Below are positions 18,300-28,610 of a stretch of 64,000 bases of DNA, piece by piece (positions within the stretch are counted from its first letter, which is position 1; every line of letters starts with the position of its first letter). A model generated the notes under the pieces. The model was not told the DNA's origin and made no database searches. It saw only the letters and a program-made list of their open reading frames with translations. Position numbers and translations under genes: made by a program. This DNA is from Candidatus Poriferihabitaceae bacterium (lineage in GTDB: Bacteria > Pseudomonadota > Gammaproteobacteria > Arenicellales > Poriferihabitantaceae): contig OZ241878.1 in the NCBI GenBank assembly GCA_965203365.1, forward strand, positions 2,054,174-2,118,173, in the 5' to 3' direction.

Positions 18300-18725
18300 C
18301 GGGACCATGATCTCCTGAATCCCCGTCACTGTTGTCTGGAACCATCGGGAGGAGCCCACCAGGGGAACTCACACCGACCCAAGGCGAACGCATCGCTCCT
18401 CGACTCCCGAAGCCGCGGGGGAACGTCCATCTCCCGAATTGGCAGGAACTCAATGGCATTGGCGATGTGGACGAAGCTGATGGCCAGTGGCGCACCTGCC
18501 GGAACGGTTCGGCCACGGGCATCCCATCGACACCCGGATAAACCGGTGGAGCTCTCGGCAAGGACGAACAGACACTGTCCCAGCGGCGCAACGAGCGGGT
18601 GCGTCTGTTTCGGCGACTCAAGGGCTTATGGAGGATATTCTTGCGCTTCGGGAAACAGGAGATGTTTCGGGTTGATTGTCTTCGTGCTCATCGTGGAGGC
18701 GTTACGATCACGCTAACAGGCCTGG
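18300..18725 (+). mobile_element. Relic of an internally deleted IS5-family element (copy 2); left boundary uncertain
   Basis: Frameshifted pieces: LTPTQGERIAPRLPKPRG..LNGI..GQWR / LPERFGHGHPIDTRINRW (DUF4096-like N-terminus of IS5/IS427-group transposases). These are joined directly to LSQRRNERVRLFRRLKGLWRIFLRFGK / FGLIVFVLIVEALRS (transposase C-terminus). The catalytic core is missing. Confidence 0.55.
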
Positions 18726-18891
18726 AATGATGTCATGACAGGGGGGCTCCAACCAACCCGACCGCCCGGGCAGGCGGTGAGATCCCGGACCCTCACTCAG
18801 CGGTCGGTCAGGTGCTACTCAAGGACGCTACCGCCCGGTGATGCTGGGAACCGACTGGAAAGGCAGTCAGATCCTCAACAGAACGATGACG

Positions 18892-20079
18892 TCAGTTCTT
18901 GATGACCAGCTTTCGGGGGACAGCCGCCAGGCATTCCGGCCCATTCGGCCCGATGACGATGCTTTCCGTGATCTCGAAGCCCCAGTCGGCCATCCACAGC
19001 CCGGTCATGAAGTGGAAGGTCATATTCGATTTGAGAATGGTTCGATCGCCCGACCGGATGGACATGGTGCGTTCGCCCCAGTCCGGCGGATAGGACAGCC
19101 CGATGGAGTACCCGGCGCGGTTGTCCTTGGTGAGACCGTATCGCTTCAAAACCTGATGGAAAGCTTGGGCAATATCCTCGCAGACATTGCCGGCTTTGGC
19201 CATCTCCAGACCCGCCTCCATTCCCTCCAGCACCGCCTGTTCAGCCGTCAGAAACGCCGTTGGAGGCTGGCCGAGAAACACCGTTCGGGACAACGGGCAA
19301 TGATATCGCTTGACCACTCCGGCGATTTCGAAGAAGGTGCCTTGACCGCTTTCCATCGGCCGATCATCCCAGGTCAGATGGGGAGCGGCGGCATCGGAAC
19401 CGGAGGGCAGTAGGGGAACGATGCCGGGATAGTCGCCCCCGGCCCCGATATTGCTGTCGTAGCGCAGAGAAGCGTCATAGATCTCGGCGACCAGATCGCA
19501 TTTGCGCATACCCGGCTGGACCCGGTCGACAATCCGGCGGTGCATTCGCTCGACGAGGCGCGCCGCCATGCGCATGTAGGCGAGTTCCTGTTCCGATTTC
19601 ACGGCCCGTTGCCAATTGACCAGTCCCGTGGTGTCAATCAAGGTGGCCTCCGGCAGATGGGACCGGAGGGCGCAATATGCGGCCGCTGAAAACCAGTAGT
19701 TGTCCATCTCGACCCCGATTCGACACCGGGCCCAGCCTCGTTCCTGAAGGCAGGTCGCAAGATAGTCCATGGGGTGCCGTTCAGTGGACTGCACATAATG
19801 ATCAGCGTAGCCAATGATATTGTCGGGTTGCATGAAGCAGGTACGGAGCGCTCCCTGGGCATCTTGGCGGCGACCATACCAGACCGGTTCCCCTTCCAGG
19901 CCAAGCAGCACGCATTGATGCACATAGAACGACCACCCATCATAACCGGTGAGCCAAGCCATGTTGGATGGATCAGAAACGATGATGAGGTCGAGGTCAC
20001 GCTCTGCCATGGCGGCCCGAGTGCCGACAATGCGATCTTCATATTCCCGGCGAGAGAAAGGCTGTGTTGATTTGATCAT
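18892..20079 (-). CDS. M24-family (creatinase/Xaa-Pro peptidase fold) hydrolase, ectoine hydrolase DoeA-like
   Basis: Trimmed to the ATG at 20079 (MIKSTQPFSRREYEDRIVGTRAAM), 395 aa. DPSNMAWLTGYDGWSFYVHQ and the C-terminal pita-bread region match the DoeA-type subfamily as I remember it. Confidence 0.65.
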   Translation of the reverse strand: MIKSTQPFSRREYEDRIVGTRAAMAERDLDLIIVSDPSNMAWLTGYDGWSFYVHQCVLLGLEGEPVWYGRRQDAQGALRTCFMQPDNIIGYADHYVQSTERHPMDYLATCLQERGWARCRIGVEMDNYWFSAAAYCALRSHLPEATLIDTTGLVNWQRAVKSEQELAYMRMAARLVERMHRRIVDRVQPGMRKCDLVAEIYDASLRYDSNIGAGGDYPGIVPLLPSGSDAAAPHLTWDDRPMESGQGTFFEIAGVVKRYHCPLSRTVFLGQPPTAFLTAEQAVLEGMEAGLEMAKAGNVCEDIAQAFHQVLKRYGLTKDNRAGYSIGLSYPPDWGERTMSIRSGDRTILKSNMTFHFMTGLWMADWGFEITESIVIGPNGPECLAAVPRKLVIKN

Positions 20080-20394
20080 GCGGAAATCCAGAAAAATGGA
20101 GTTGGTTGTCCGACAGTCACTCCACCCCCGGACGAAGATTGTCCCAACCATTCGCCGTGGAGCGATCTGGCACTGTTCACCGGATCTTACCACCCCATCG
20201 GATGACTCGAATGATCCGATCCCCTTCCGGGTGACCGGGCGCCCTGCGGGCAACCCCATTTCGGCCCCACCGCAGGGGCCAAGGGATTCGGGATCAATTC
20301 CCATGATGTCCGATCTCATCGGGGGACCCTGGCGGATGATCATGCGTTCGCTTATCCGCCATTGGGGGTCCGGATCGAATAGGCTTCGGCTGGA

Positions 20395-21603
20395 CTATTG
20401 GGGGTCGGCGCCCTCCGCGTTCGTATGGGCGACGATCCGATCGGCAGCCACATATAAGACCAGTCCGATTCCGGCCAAGCCAGTCAGCAGGTGAAGCACC
20501 AGACGGTAACCACCGATTTCCCAAAGCAGTGAGCCAACGAAGGGCGCGGATGCACTGCCACATAGGTACAACAATGCAAGCCCTCCAGATTTGGTGCCGA
20601 ACGCCGTCTGACCCAACAGGTCCCGGGTAATGACGGGACGGATGATGCTGACCATGCCATAACTGCCTCCAAACAGGAGCACGAATCCCAGCAGCCGGGC
20701 CGGCAGATCTCCCGCCTCCAGGAGCACCAGGATGGACAGGCCCATGAGAACGAATGTGGCGATCGCAATGTGATGATGGGCCACATACCGCTCGACCGCG
20801 ACCATCCCTAGACGACCCACCACCTGCATGGGACCGATGAGGGATGCCATGAGCACGGCCGTTTCCGCAGGGACGCGGCGTTCATGGAGCATGGGCAGCA
20901 GGTGGTGGAGGGTGACGCCATGCACGATCGCCAGCAGGGCGAAGCCGACACCGAGCAACCAGAACACCGGATGGCCGATCCAACCCCATTGCCGCGGGTC
21001 GTTTTCGACCGCTACTTCCGGGCGGTGGGCTTTCACCGCCTGGGCCTCCAACCGGTGGGCACTGACCCAGAGGATGGGACTCCCCAATACCGCGACAGCC
21101 AATGCCTCAATGCGAAGGGTCATGCGCCAACCGAACGCCTCTGCCAGCAGGTGGGTGGAGGTGAAGCTGACCGCACCGGCGAACCCGGCAACCAAGGTAA
21201 TGAAAATGATGGCTCGCTTGGCCTGTCGCCCCCGAGCTCGGGTGACCACAGCAAAGCAGGGTTCGTAAAGGCACCCGGCCAAACTGACACCGATGAGGCC
21301 CCACAGCACCACAAATTGCCAATAGTGCTGAACGAAAGAGCAGGCAAACAAGGCCGCACAGCCGAGCAGGGTGCCGCCCGCCATCAACTGCGGTCCCCGA
21401 CCTTGGTCAATCAGGCGTCCGGCAGGCCATGCCGTCAAGGCCGAAACGAGCACGGCCAAGGTGATCGCCGTGGTCAGTTCCGACCGGGACCAACCCAAGT
21501 CCTGCTCCCACCGTAACAAAAGGGCGGGGAAAACATAATACAGCCCGGCCCAGGTGAACACCTGGCCGACGGCCATGGAAAGGATGACTTTGTCCAGTTT
21601 CAT
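20395..21603 (-). CDS. MFS transporter
   Basis: 402 aa from the ATG at 21603, about 12 hydrophobic segments, and a GRLIDQGRG loop motif between TM2 and TM3. Confidence 0.7.
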   Translation of the reverse strand: MKLDKVILSMAVGQVFTWAGLYYVFPALLLRWEQDLGWSRSELTTAITLAVLVSALTAWPAGRLIDQGRGPQLMAGGTLLGCAALFACSFVQHYWQFVVLWGLIGVSLAGCLYEPCFAVVTRARGRQAKRAIIFITLVAGFAGAVSFTSTHLLAEAFGWRMTLRIEALAVAVLGSPILWVSAHRLEAQAVKAHRPEVAVENDPRQWGWIGHPVFWLLGVGFALLAIVHGVTLHHLLPMLHERRVPAETAVLMASLIGPMQVVGRLGMVAVERYVAHHHIAIATFVLMGLSILVLLEAGDLPARLLGFVLLFGGSYGMVSIIRPVITRDLLGQTAFGTKSGGLALLYLCGSASAPFVGSLLWEIGGYRLVLHLLTGLAGIGLVLYVAADRIVAHTNAEGADPQ

Positions 21604-22110
21604 CGGCGCTGCCGGTTCAGCCTGTGCTTCTATCACATTTCGCGGGCGGGCAGGAAACCTTTCGTGTCGAGGATGTCCTGGCCTTCGGTCTGATGAGAGG
21701 GATATGAGGGGATCCAAACCGGTGGGCCATGGATTTCTCTCGGTTCACACGACCTGCGTCAGGCCCGCAAGGACTGGCTCCGACGACGGCCTGCCCGGAA
21801 CTCCAGGCGAGCAGTGACCACGAAACCTTCATCGACGATTTGCAGATGCCCCAAAATCCGGTTTTAGCACCAAGGGGGCGTGATGCCCAAGGGGCGCCGT
21901 TTGAGGCCATATCGAGCCATAATGGAAATGATGAGTTCGTTTCGGGGGGTCTAGGCACAGCGGGGCCACCGAGCCGATGGCTCGGCCCGGTTCCGTACTG
22001 GGTGCGCGGTGGCAATCCATATAGTCGATGGCGGTTTTTCCGGCACAAACCGGTTATCATGTATGCTTTGGAGCCTACCCGGTTCCGAATTCCAGACAAG
22101 TGCCCGATTT

Positions 22111-23952
22111 ATGACAAACAGCATTAGAAACCAACTGCGGTGGCGGGTCCTGGCGTTGGCTCTTGGCACCGCCATCATGGGACAAGCCCCGGTCGGAGCC
22201 CAGGACCAAATCGTCCAAAAATGGGCCATTGCCGAATTCGGAGAGCCTCTATACGCCAACGGCCTGCAACACTTCCCTTATGCCAATCCCGATGCCCCCA
22301 AGGGCGGTCGGGTCGTGTTGAGTGATTTCGGGAATTTCGATACGCTGAATTTCTATGTGCAGAAAGGAGAGTGGCCGAGCAGCATCGGATTGATCTATGA
22401 CGATCTCATGACGGGATCGGCCGATGAGATCGATGGCCTGTACGGGTTGATTGCCCACAGTGTGGAGTATCCCGAGGACCGTAGCTGGGCTATCTTCAAC
22501 CTGCGCCCCGAGGCAGTCTATCATGACGGAGCCCCGATCATTGCCCAGGATTTTGTCTTTGCGTTGCAGACCATCAAGGCTCATGGCCGGGCCTTCGTGA
22601 AGTCGTTCTATGAAGACATCGACCGGGCGGAAGCGTTGTCGGACCGGCGTCTGAAGTTTCATTTCCGGACCACCGGCAGCATGAAACCGATCACCATTGC
22701 GGCAGGCATGTCGCCCTTGCCGGTACACTACTGGAAGGACCGGGATGTCACCGCCTCCACGCTGGAGCCCCCCTTGAGCAGCGGACCTTATCGGATCAAG
22801 GAACTGGACCCCGGCCGTTCCATCACCTACGAGCGGGTTCCGGACTACTGGGCGAAGGACTTGCCCGTGAGGCGGGGCCTGTACAACATGGATGAAATCC
22901 GTTACGAGTATTATCGGGACCTGACGGTCGAATTCGAGGCATTCAAGGCGGGCGAGATTGATTTTCGTTCGGAGGGTTCCGCCAAACGCTGGATGACGGA
23001 ATATGATATCCGGCCCGTTCAGGAAGGCCGCATGGTCCGACAGGAAATTCCCAGCAAGCGGCCCCGCGGAATGGGAGGTTACTTCTTCAATCTGAAACGC
23101 GAAAAGTTCGCGGACATTCGGGTGCGCGAGGCGATCATGATGCTGTATGACTTCGAAGCCATCCAGCGAACGTTGCTCTATGGTCAGTACCGACGCATTC
23201 ACAGCTATTTCCCCAATTCAGACTATGGGGCCACCGGGGTGCCAACGGCCGCGGAGAAGACCATCCTGGCCCCCTTCGCCGATCAGTTGCCGGAAGGGAT
23301 CTTGGACCGGGCGTTTGTGCCACCGACCACCGACGGCAGTGGGCGCGACCGTCGCAACCTGCGTCGGGCGTTGGGGTTGTTCCAGGCGGCCGGCTGGGAA
23401 CTGCAGGCCGGCAAATTGATCTCCAGTCGGACTGGTGAGCCATTCCGGATCGAGTTGATGACGGCCTATCCAGAAAACCAGCGTCTGGCGCTGCCCTATG
23501 TCGAGAGCCTCAAACGAGCCGGCATCGAGGCCTCCATCCGTCTGGTGGACACCTCGCAATGGCGGACCCGAATCTACGATTACGACTTCGACCTCTGGGT
23601 GGGTGGCCTCAACTTCTTTCCCCCGCCCGGCACCGAACTGCGTAGCTTCTTCGGTTCCGAATCCGCGGACATTCGCGGGGGCAATTCCGGGGGCATCAAG
23701 AATCCGGTCGTGGATGAGTTGATCGAACAGATTGTCCAAGCCAGGGAACTGGAGGTGTTGCAACATACGACCCGGGCACTGGATCGGGTTCTTCTGTGGA
23801 ACCACTATGCCGTGCCGACCTTCTTCAATGATGAAGCCTGGATCGCCTATTGGGACCGGTTCGGCTTCCCGGAACGCCGACCGATCTACAGTGTCGGATT
23901 CCCCGGGACCTGGTGGATCGATTCAGCCAAGGATGCCGCATTGAGGCGATGA
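22111..23952 (+). CDS. yejA: ABC transporter substrate-binding protein, family 5 (YejA-like)
   Basis: 613 aa from the ATG at 22111, with a signal peptide. It is the first gene of a four-gene set with YejABEF sizes and order. Confidence 0.7.
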   Translation: MTNSIRNQLRWRVLALALGTAIMGQAPVGAQDQIVQKWAIAEFGEPLYANGLQHFPYANPDAPKGGRVVLSDFGNFDTLNFYVQKGEWPSSIGLIYDDLMTGSADEIDGLYGLIAHSVEYPEDRSWAIFNLRPEAVYHDGAPIIAQDFVFALQTIKAHGRAFVKSFYEDIDRAEALSDRRLKFHFRTTGSMKPITIAAGMSPLPVHYWKDRDVTASTLEPPLSSGPYRIKELDPGRSITYERVPDYWAKDLPVRRGLYNMDEIRYEYYRDLTVEFEAFKAGEIDFRSEGSAKRWMTEYDIRPVQEGRMVRQEIPSKRPRGMGGYFFNLKREKFADIRVREAIMMLYDFEAIQRTLLYGQYRRIHSYFPNSDYGATGVPTAAEKTILAPFADQLPEGILDRAFVPPTTDGSGRDRRNLRRALGLFQAAGWELQAGKLISSRTGEPFRIELMTAYPENQRLALPYVESLKRAGIEASIRLVDTSQWRTRIYDYDFDLWVGGLNFFPPPGTELRSFFGSESADIRGGNSGGIKNPVVDELIEQIVQARELEVLQHTTRALDRVLLWNHYAVPTFFNDEAWIAYWDRFGFPERRPIYSVGFPGTWWIDSAKDAALRR

Positions 23953-23976
23953 TCCATCAAGGGGAGTGACCCGGGC

Positions 23977-25089
23977 ATGTTGACCTATATCATCCGCCGT
24001 TTGCTGCTGGTCATTCCGACGTTGCTGGGTATCATGGTGGTGAACTTCGCCATCATCCAGTTCGCGCCGGGGGGGCCAGTGGAGCAGGCCATTGCGGAGC
24101 TTCAGGGTCATGGGACGGAGGCCACCCGCCGGTTTTCCGGGTCCGGAGCCGATATTCAGGGCGGCGGGTCGGAGTCGGCCTCGGGGGCCGGGCAAAACAG
24201 CGTCAGCCGGTACCGGGGCGCCCAGGGACTGCGCCCCGAAATTATCGCTGAAATCGAGCAGCAGTTCGGATTTGATCGGCCGGCTCATGAGCGGTTTCTG
24301 CATATGATCGGGGATTATGTGCGGTTCGACTTCGGTGAGAGCTTTTACAGCAACCAGCGGGTCGTGGATCTGGTCCTGGAAAAACTGCCGGTCTCCATCT
24401 CGCTGGGACTGTGGACCACCCTGATCACCTATCTCGTGTCCATTCCGCTGGGGATCCGCAAGGCCGTACGCGACGATTCACGCTTCGACACCTGGACCAG
24501 TGGATTGATCGTCGCCGGCTACGCCATTCCGAGCTTCCTGTTCGCCATTTTGCTGATTGTGCTGTTCGCCGGAGGACGTTATTTCGATCTCTTTCCATTG
24601 CGGGGCCTCACCTCGGAAGGCTGGGATGAGTTTTCGATGGTGCGGCAGATTCTGGATTATCTCTGGCATATCACCCTGCCAGTGGTGGCGATGGTAATCG
24701 GCAGCTTTGCCACGCTGACCATGCTGACCAAAAATTCGTTTCTGGACCAGCTCCAGTTGCAGTACGTCTTGACGGCCCGGGCCAAGGGGTTGGGGGAGCG
24801 TCGGGTGCTGTATGGCCATGTCTTTCGCAATGCCATGCTGATCGTGATTGCCGGATTTCCGGCTCTGTTCATCAGCATCCTGTTCACGGGGTCATTGCTG
24901 ATCGAGGTGATCTTTTCCCTGGACGGTCTGGGCCTGCTGGGTTTCGAGGCGGCCATCAACCGGGACTATCCGGTCATGTTCGCGACCTTGTATTTCTTCA
25001 CCCTCATCGGTCTTTTGCTGCAGATCGTGAGGGATGTGATCTATACCATCGTCGACCCGCGCATTGACTTCGAATCACGAGCGGTGTGA
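23977..25089 (+). CDS. yejB: ABC transporter permease (YejB-like)
   Basis: 370 aa. N-terminal [34 protein letters not shown] is typical of the DppB/OppB class, with the large periplasmic insert seen in YejB. Confidence 0.75.
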   Translation: MLTYIIRRLLLVIPTLLGIMVVNFAIIQFAPGGPVEQAIAELQGHGTEATRRFSGSGADIQGGGSESASGAGQNSVSRYRGAQGLRPEIIAEIEQQFGFDRPAHERFLHMIGDYVRFDFGESFYSNQRVVDLVLEKLPVSISLGLWTTLITYLVSIPLGIRKAVRDDSRFDTWTSGLIVAGYAIPSFLFAILLIVLFAGGRYFDLFPLRGLTSEGWDEFSMVRQILDYLWHITLPVVAMVIGSFATLTMLTKNSFLDQLQLQYVLTARAKGLGERRVLYGHVFRNAMLIVIAGFPALFISILFTGSLLIEVIFSLDGLGLLGFEAAINRDYPVMFATLYFFTLIGLLLQIVRDVIYTIVDPRIDFESRAV

Positions 25090-26156
25090 TGGATTCGACC
25101 GCAGAACGCAACTCCGTCACGGTGCTGGGCCGACGGGTTTCCCCTATCACCCGGCAGCGTTGGCAGAACTTCCGGCGCCATCGACGTGGGTACTGGTCGT
25201 TGTGGATCTTTCTGGGGCTGTTCGTGCTGACGCTGGGGGCGGAACTGGTCGCCAATGACCGGCCCGTGCTGGTCCGTTATGAGGGGGAATATTTCATGCC
25301 GGTGTTCAGGTCCTATCCGGAAACCGTATTTGGTGGCGAGTTCGAACTGGAGGCGGATTACCGTGACCCGTATATCCGAGAAATGATTGGGGAAAAAGGC
25401 TGGATCCTGTGGCCCTTGATTCCGTTTTCCTATGACACCATCGACTACGAACTGGAGGTTCCAGCGCCCGCCCCACCCTCGTCACGCCACTGGCTCGGTA
25501 CCGATGACCAGGCCCGCGATGTGCTGGCCCGGGCAATCTATGGTTTTCGCATCTCCATCCTGTTCGGCCTCATTTTGACTGCACTGAGTTCCGTGGTCGG
25601 GGTCGCCGCCGGGGCGGTACAGGGGTATTTCGGGGGAAAGCTCGATCTAATGATGCAGCGGTTCATCGAAATCTGGGAAGGACTGCCGGTCCTGTATCTG
25701 CTGATCATCATGGCGGCGGTGATCACCCCGGGATTTTTCAGCCTGCTGATCCTGATGCTGCTTTTTTCCTGGACCGGGCTGGTGTCAGTGGTGCGCGCCG
25801 AATTTCTGCGGGCCCGTAACTTCGAATATATCCGGGCCGCCCGGGCACTGGGCGTAGACGACCGGACCATCATGGTCCGTCATATCCTGCCGAACGCGAT
25901 GGTGGCCACGCTAACCTTCATGCCGTTCATTCTCAGCGGCTCGGTCACCACATTGACCAGCCTGGATTTTCTGGGCTTCGGCCTGCCCGTCGGCTCGCCC
26001 TCGTTGGGTGAATTGCTGCATCAGGGCAAAAACAACCTGCAGGCCCCGTGGCTCGGCATCACCGGCTTTGTGGTCATCGGCTTCATGCTGTCGTTGCTGG
26101 TGTTCATTGGAGAGGGCGTACGAGATGCCTTTGATCCACGCAAGCTGTTCAAATGA
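25086..26156 (+). CDS. yejE: ABC transporter permease (YejE-like)
   Basis: 356 aa. [19 protein letters not shown] and the DppC/OppC-type EAA region. Overlaps both neighbouring genes by 4 nt. Confidence 0.75.
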   Translation: MMDSTAERNSVTVLGRRVSPITRQRWQNFRRHRRGYWSLWIFLGLFVLTLGAELVANDRPVLVRYEGEYFMPVFRSYPETVFGGEFELEADYRDPYIREMIGEKGWILWPLIPFSYDTIDYELEVPAPAPPSSRHWLGTDDQARDVLARAIYGFRISILFGLILTALSSVVGVAAGAVQGYFGGKLDLMMQRFIEIWEGLPVLYLLIIMAAVITPGFFSLLILMLLFSWTGLVSVVRAEFLRARNFEYIRAARALGVDDRTIMVRHILPNAMVATLTFMPFILSGSVTTLTSLDFLGFGLPVGSPSLGELLHQGKNNLQAPWLGITGFVVIGFMLSLLVFIGEGVRDAFDPRKLFK

Positions 26157-27772
26157 CGGGCATGGCCCACCGGGCTCCGGTGCTGTCCGTGGAGGATCTT
26201 TCGGTCAGCTTTCGCCATCGGCAGGAGCACCAGGACCTCATCACCGATGTCGTTCGGGAAGTCACGTTTGACCTCCATGCCGGAGAGACGCTGGCCCTGG
26301 TGGGCGAGTCGGGATCGGGCAAGTCCCTGACCGCCTTGTCGATCCTGCAGTTATTGCCCTACCCACTGGCATTTCATCCCACGGGCCGGATCCACTACCG
26401 GGAAACCCAGCTGGTGGGAGCCTCGGAAGAAACGTTACAACGTATCCGCGGCAACGACATCGCCATGATTTTCCAGGAGCCGATGACGGCCCTCAACCCA
26501 CTGCATACGATCCAAAAGCAGATTGCCGAATCGCTGGTCCTGCACCAGAATCTGACCGGTGAGGCCATCCGTCGCACCATTGTCGAGTTGCTGGAGCAAG
26601 TGGAAATCAAGGACCCGGCCTCTCGCCTGGAGGCCTATCCACATCAACTGTCCGGCGGCCAGCGCCAACGGGTGATGATTGCCATGGCCCTGGCGAACCG
26701 TCCCGAGATCCTGTTGGCGGATGAACCCACCACGGCCCTGGATGTGACCGTTCAGGCCCGCATACTGGCACTGCTGCAGGAGATCCAGCGTCACCATCGT
26801 CTGGGCATACTGCTCATTACCCACGACCTCAACATGGTCCACAAGGTGGCCGATCGCGTGTTGGTGATGCAGAATGGCCGAATGGTGGAGCGCGGCCCGA
26901 CGACCCGGATATTCACTTCACCACAAGAGCCCTATACTCGACACCTGCTGTCCGCAGAGCCGCCGGACCGCGAGCCGCCCGCGCCAGGGGAGATGTCGGT
27001 CCTGGAGGCGGAACACCTCCGGGTCTGGTTTCCGCTGCGACGCGGCCTGCTGCGACGCACGGTGGGATACGTGAAAGCGGTCAATGACGCCACGTTGTCA
27101 CTGAAACCCGGTCAGACCCTAGGCATTGTCGGTGAGTCCGGATCGGGCAAGACCACCCTGGCCCTGGCGTTGATGCGCCTCATCCCGTCGGAAGGCCGGA
27201 TGAGTTTTCTGGGCGAGGATATGCGAGCGGTGGGACGGGCGGAACTGAAAGCCATGCGCCGGCAATTGCAGATGGTCTTCCAAGACCCCTATGGCTCGCT
27301 GTCGCCCCGCATGGCCGTCACCGATATCATCAGCGAAGGCCTGGATGCCCATGGCCTGATCACCGATCCCCCCACCCGGGACCGACGCGTGCAGGCGATT
27401 CTTGAGGAAGTGGAAATCGATCCAGAGACGCGTTTCCGCTATCCCCACGAGTTTTCAGGAGGGCAGCGTCAACGCATTGCCATCGCCCGGGCATTGATTC
27501 TGGAACCCCGAGTGCTGTTTCTCGACGAACCCACCTCCGCACTGGACCGGACCGTACAGGTGCAGGTGCTGGCATTGCTCAATCGAATCCAGCGTGAGCA
27601 TCATCTGTCCTATGTGTTCATTTCCCACGATCTATCGGTGGTTCGGGCCATTGCGGACGACCTGATCGTCATGAAATCCGGGGATGTGGTGGAGCAGGGC
27701 CAGGCACAGAAGATATTCGATTCACCGGAACATGAATACACTCTCGCCCTGCTGGAGGCGGCCTTCCGGTAG
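26153..27772 (+). CDS. yejF: ABC transporter ATP-binding protein with two ABC domains (YejF-like)
   Basis: Two Walker A sites ([16 protein letters not shown]), two LSGGQRQR signatures, and two Walker B sites. Confidence 0.85.
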   Translation: MTGMAHRAPVLSVEDLSVSFRHRQEHQDLITDVVREVTFDLHAGETLALVGESGSGKSLTALSILQLLPYPLAFHPTGRIHYRETQLVGASEETLQRIRGNDIAMIFQEPMTALNPLHTIQKQIAESLVLHQNLTGEAIRRTIVELLEQVEIKDPASRLEAYPHQLSGGQRQRVMIAMALANRPEILLADEPTTALDVTVQARILALLQEIQRHHRLGILLITHDLNMVHKVADRVLVMQNGRMVERGPTTRIFTSPQEPYTRHLLSAEPPDREPPAPGEMSVLEAEHLRVWFPLRRGLLRRTVGYVKAVNDATLSLKPGQTLGIVGESGSGKTTLALALMRLIPSEGRMSFLGEDMRAVGRAELKAMRRQLQMVFQDPYGSLSPRMAVTDIISEGLDAHGLITDPPTRDRRVQAILEEVEIDPETRFRYPHEFSGGQRQRIAIARALILEPRVLFLDEPTSALDRTVQVQVLALLNRIQREHHLSYVFISHDLSVVRAIADDLIVMKSGDVVEQGQAQKIFDSPEHEYTLALLEAAFR

Positions 27773-27933
27773 GCCACCTGAAGACGCAGCCCGTCGGGCC
27801 GGACCCGCCGGCGGCAATCGGACCGCGGACCGCTAGGGCTATCGGACGAGAGGGCGGATGGTCCGGTGAGCGGCCACCACGGACCCATCCTGACTCACTG
27901 CCCTGACCAGCGACCTCCCACGATGACGCCGGC

Positions 27934-28545
27934 TCATTCTTCCTCGATGTACTCAAAGACCTTGACGATATGTGTGGCGCCGCTGGCCTTGCGGGCGGCC
28001 TGTACGGCGGCGTCCGCCTCAGCTTGAGTGACCACCCCCATCAGATAAACCTTGCCGCCCTCGGTGACGACCTTGACCGCATTTTGTGGCAGTCCCTTCG
28101 TGCCGATCAGGTAGGTCTTGACCCGGGCCGTAATGTAGGTGTCATTCAGGCGACTGGTCAGACTGGTGGACCCGGCGAGTTGCAGTTCATTCACGACGGT
28201 GCGGGTCTTCTTGTTCGCCTTGGCTAATGCTTCGGCTCGTTGACGCATTTCATCCGAGGCGACTTCGCCGGTCAACAGCACAATGCCATTGATCGCCGTC
28301 ACGCTGATATTGTTGGGCTTGAGTTGCTCATCGGTTCGCATCTCGGCCCGTAACTCCAGCTCCAATGAGTTGTCATCGAATGCGCGTCCGAAAGAGCGAC
28401 GTTCATTGACGACATTGATGGCGGTCACCACGCCCGTCCCGAGTAGGACAGGGGCGCAGGCGACCATTCCTTGTGCACCCAGCAGCAGCAGAATTCCCAA
28501 GACCGCGGTCCGGGTGCGGGCATTGCGTCTGACAAAGCAATTCAT
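27934..28545 (-). CDS. dolP: Dual BON-domain lipoprotein DolP (YraP)
   Basis: Signal peptide with lipobox (GMVAC) and two BON-like modules (ISVTAINGIVLLTGEV, VKVVTEGGKVYLMGVV). Synteny with lpoA and rsmI as in the E. coli yraL-yraP region. Confidence 0.75.
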   Translation of the reverse strand: MNCFVRRNARTRTAVLGILLLLGAQGMVACAPVLLGTGVVTAINVVNERRSFGRAFDDNSLELELRAEMRTDEQLKPNNISVTAINGIVLLTGEVASDEMRQRAEALAKANKKTRTVVNELQLAGSTSLTSRLNDTYITARVKTYLIGTKGLPQNAVKVVTEGGKVYLMGVVTQAEADAAVQAARKASGATHIVKVFEYIEEE

Positions 28546-28610
28546 TCCAGTGGTTTCAGTGAAGGAGTGAGATAGTGAACCCGTTGGTCGGATTATACAC
28601 AGGGATCAAG

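Noticed and set aside
22249-23202. 317-aa minus-strand ORF
   Set aside because: It is antisense to the YejA-like binding-protein gene.
27855-27890. GC-rich hairpin (ggatggtccg...cggacccatcc) between the convergent yejF and dolP genes
   Set aside because: It could be a bidirectional terminator, but it has no U tract on either strand and one bulge, so it is not reported as a feature.
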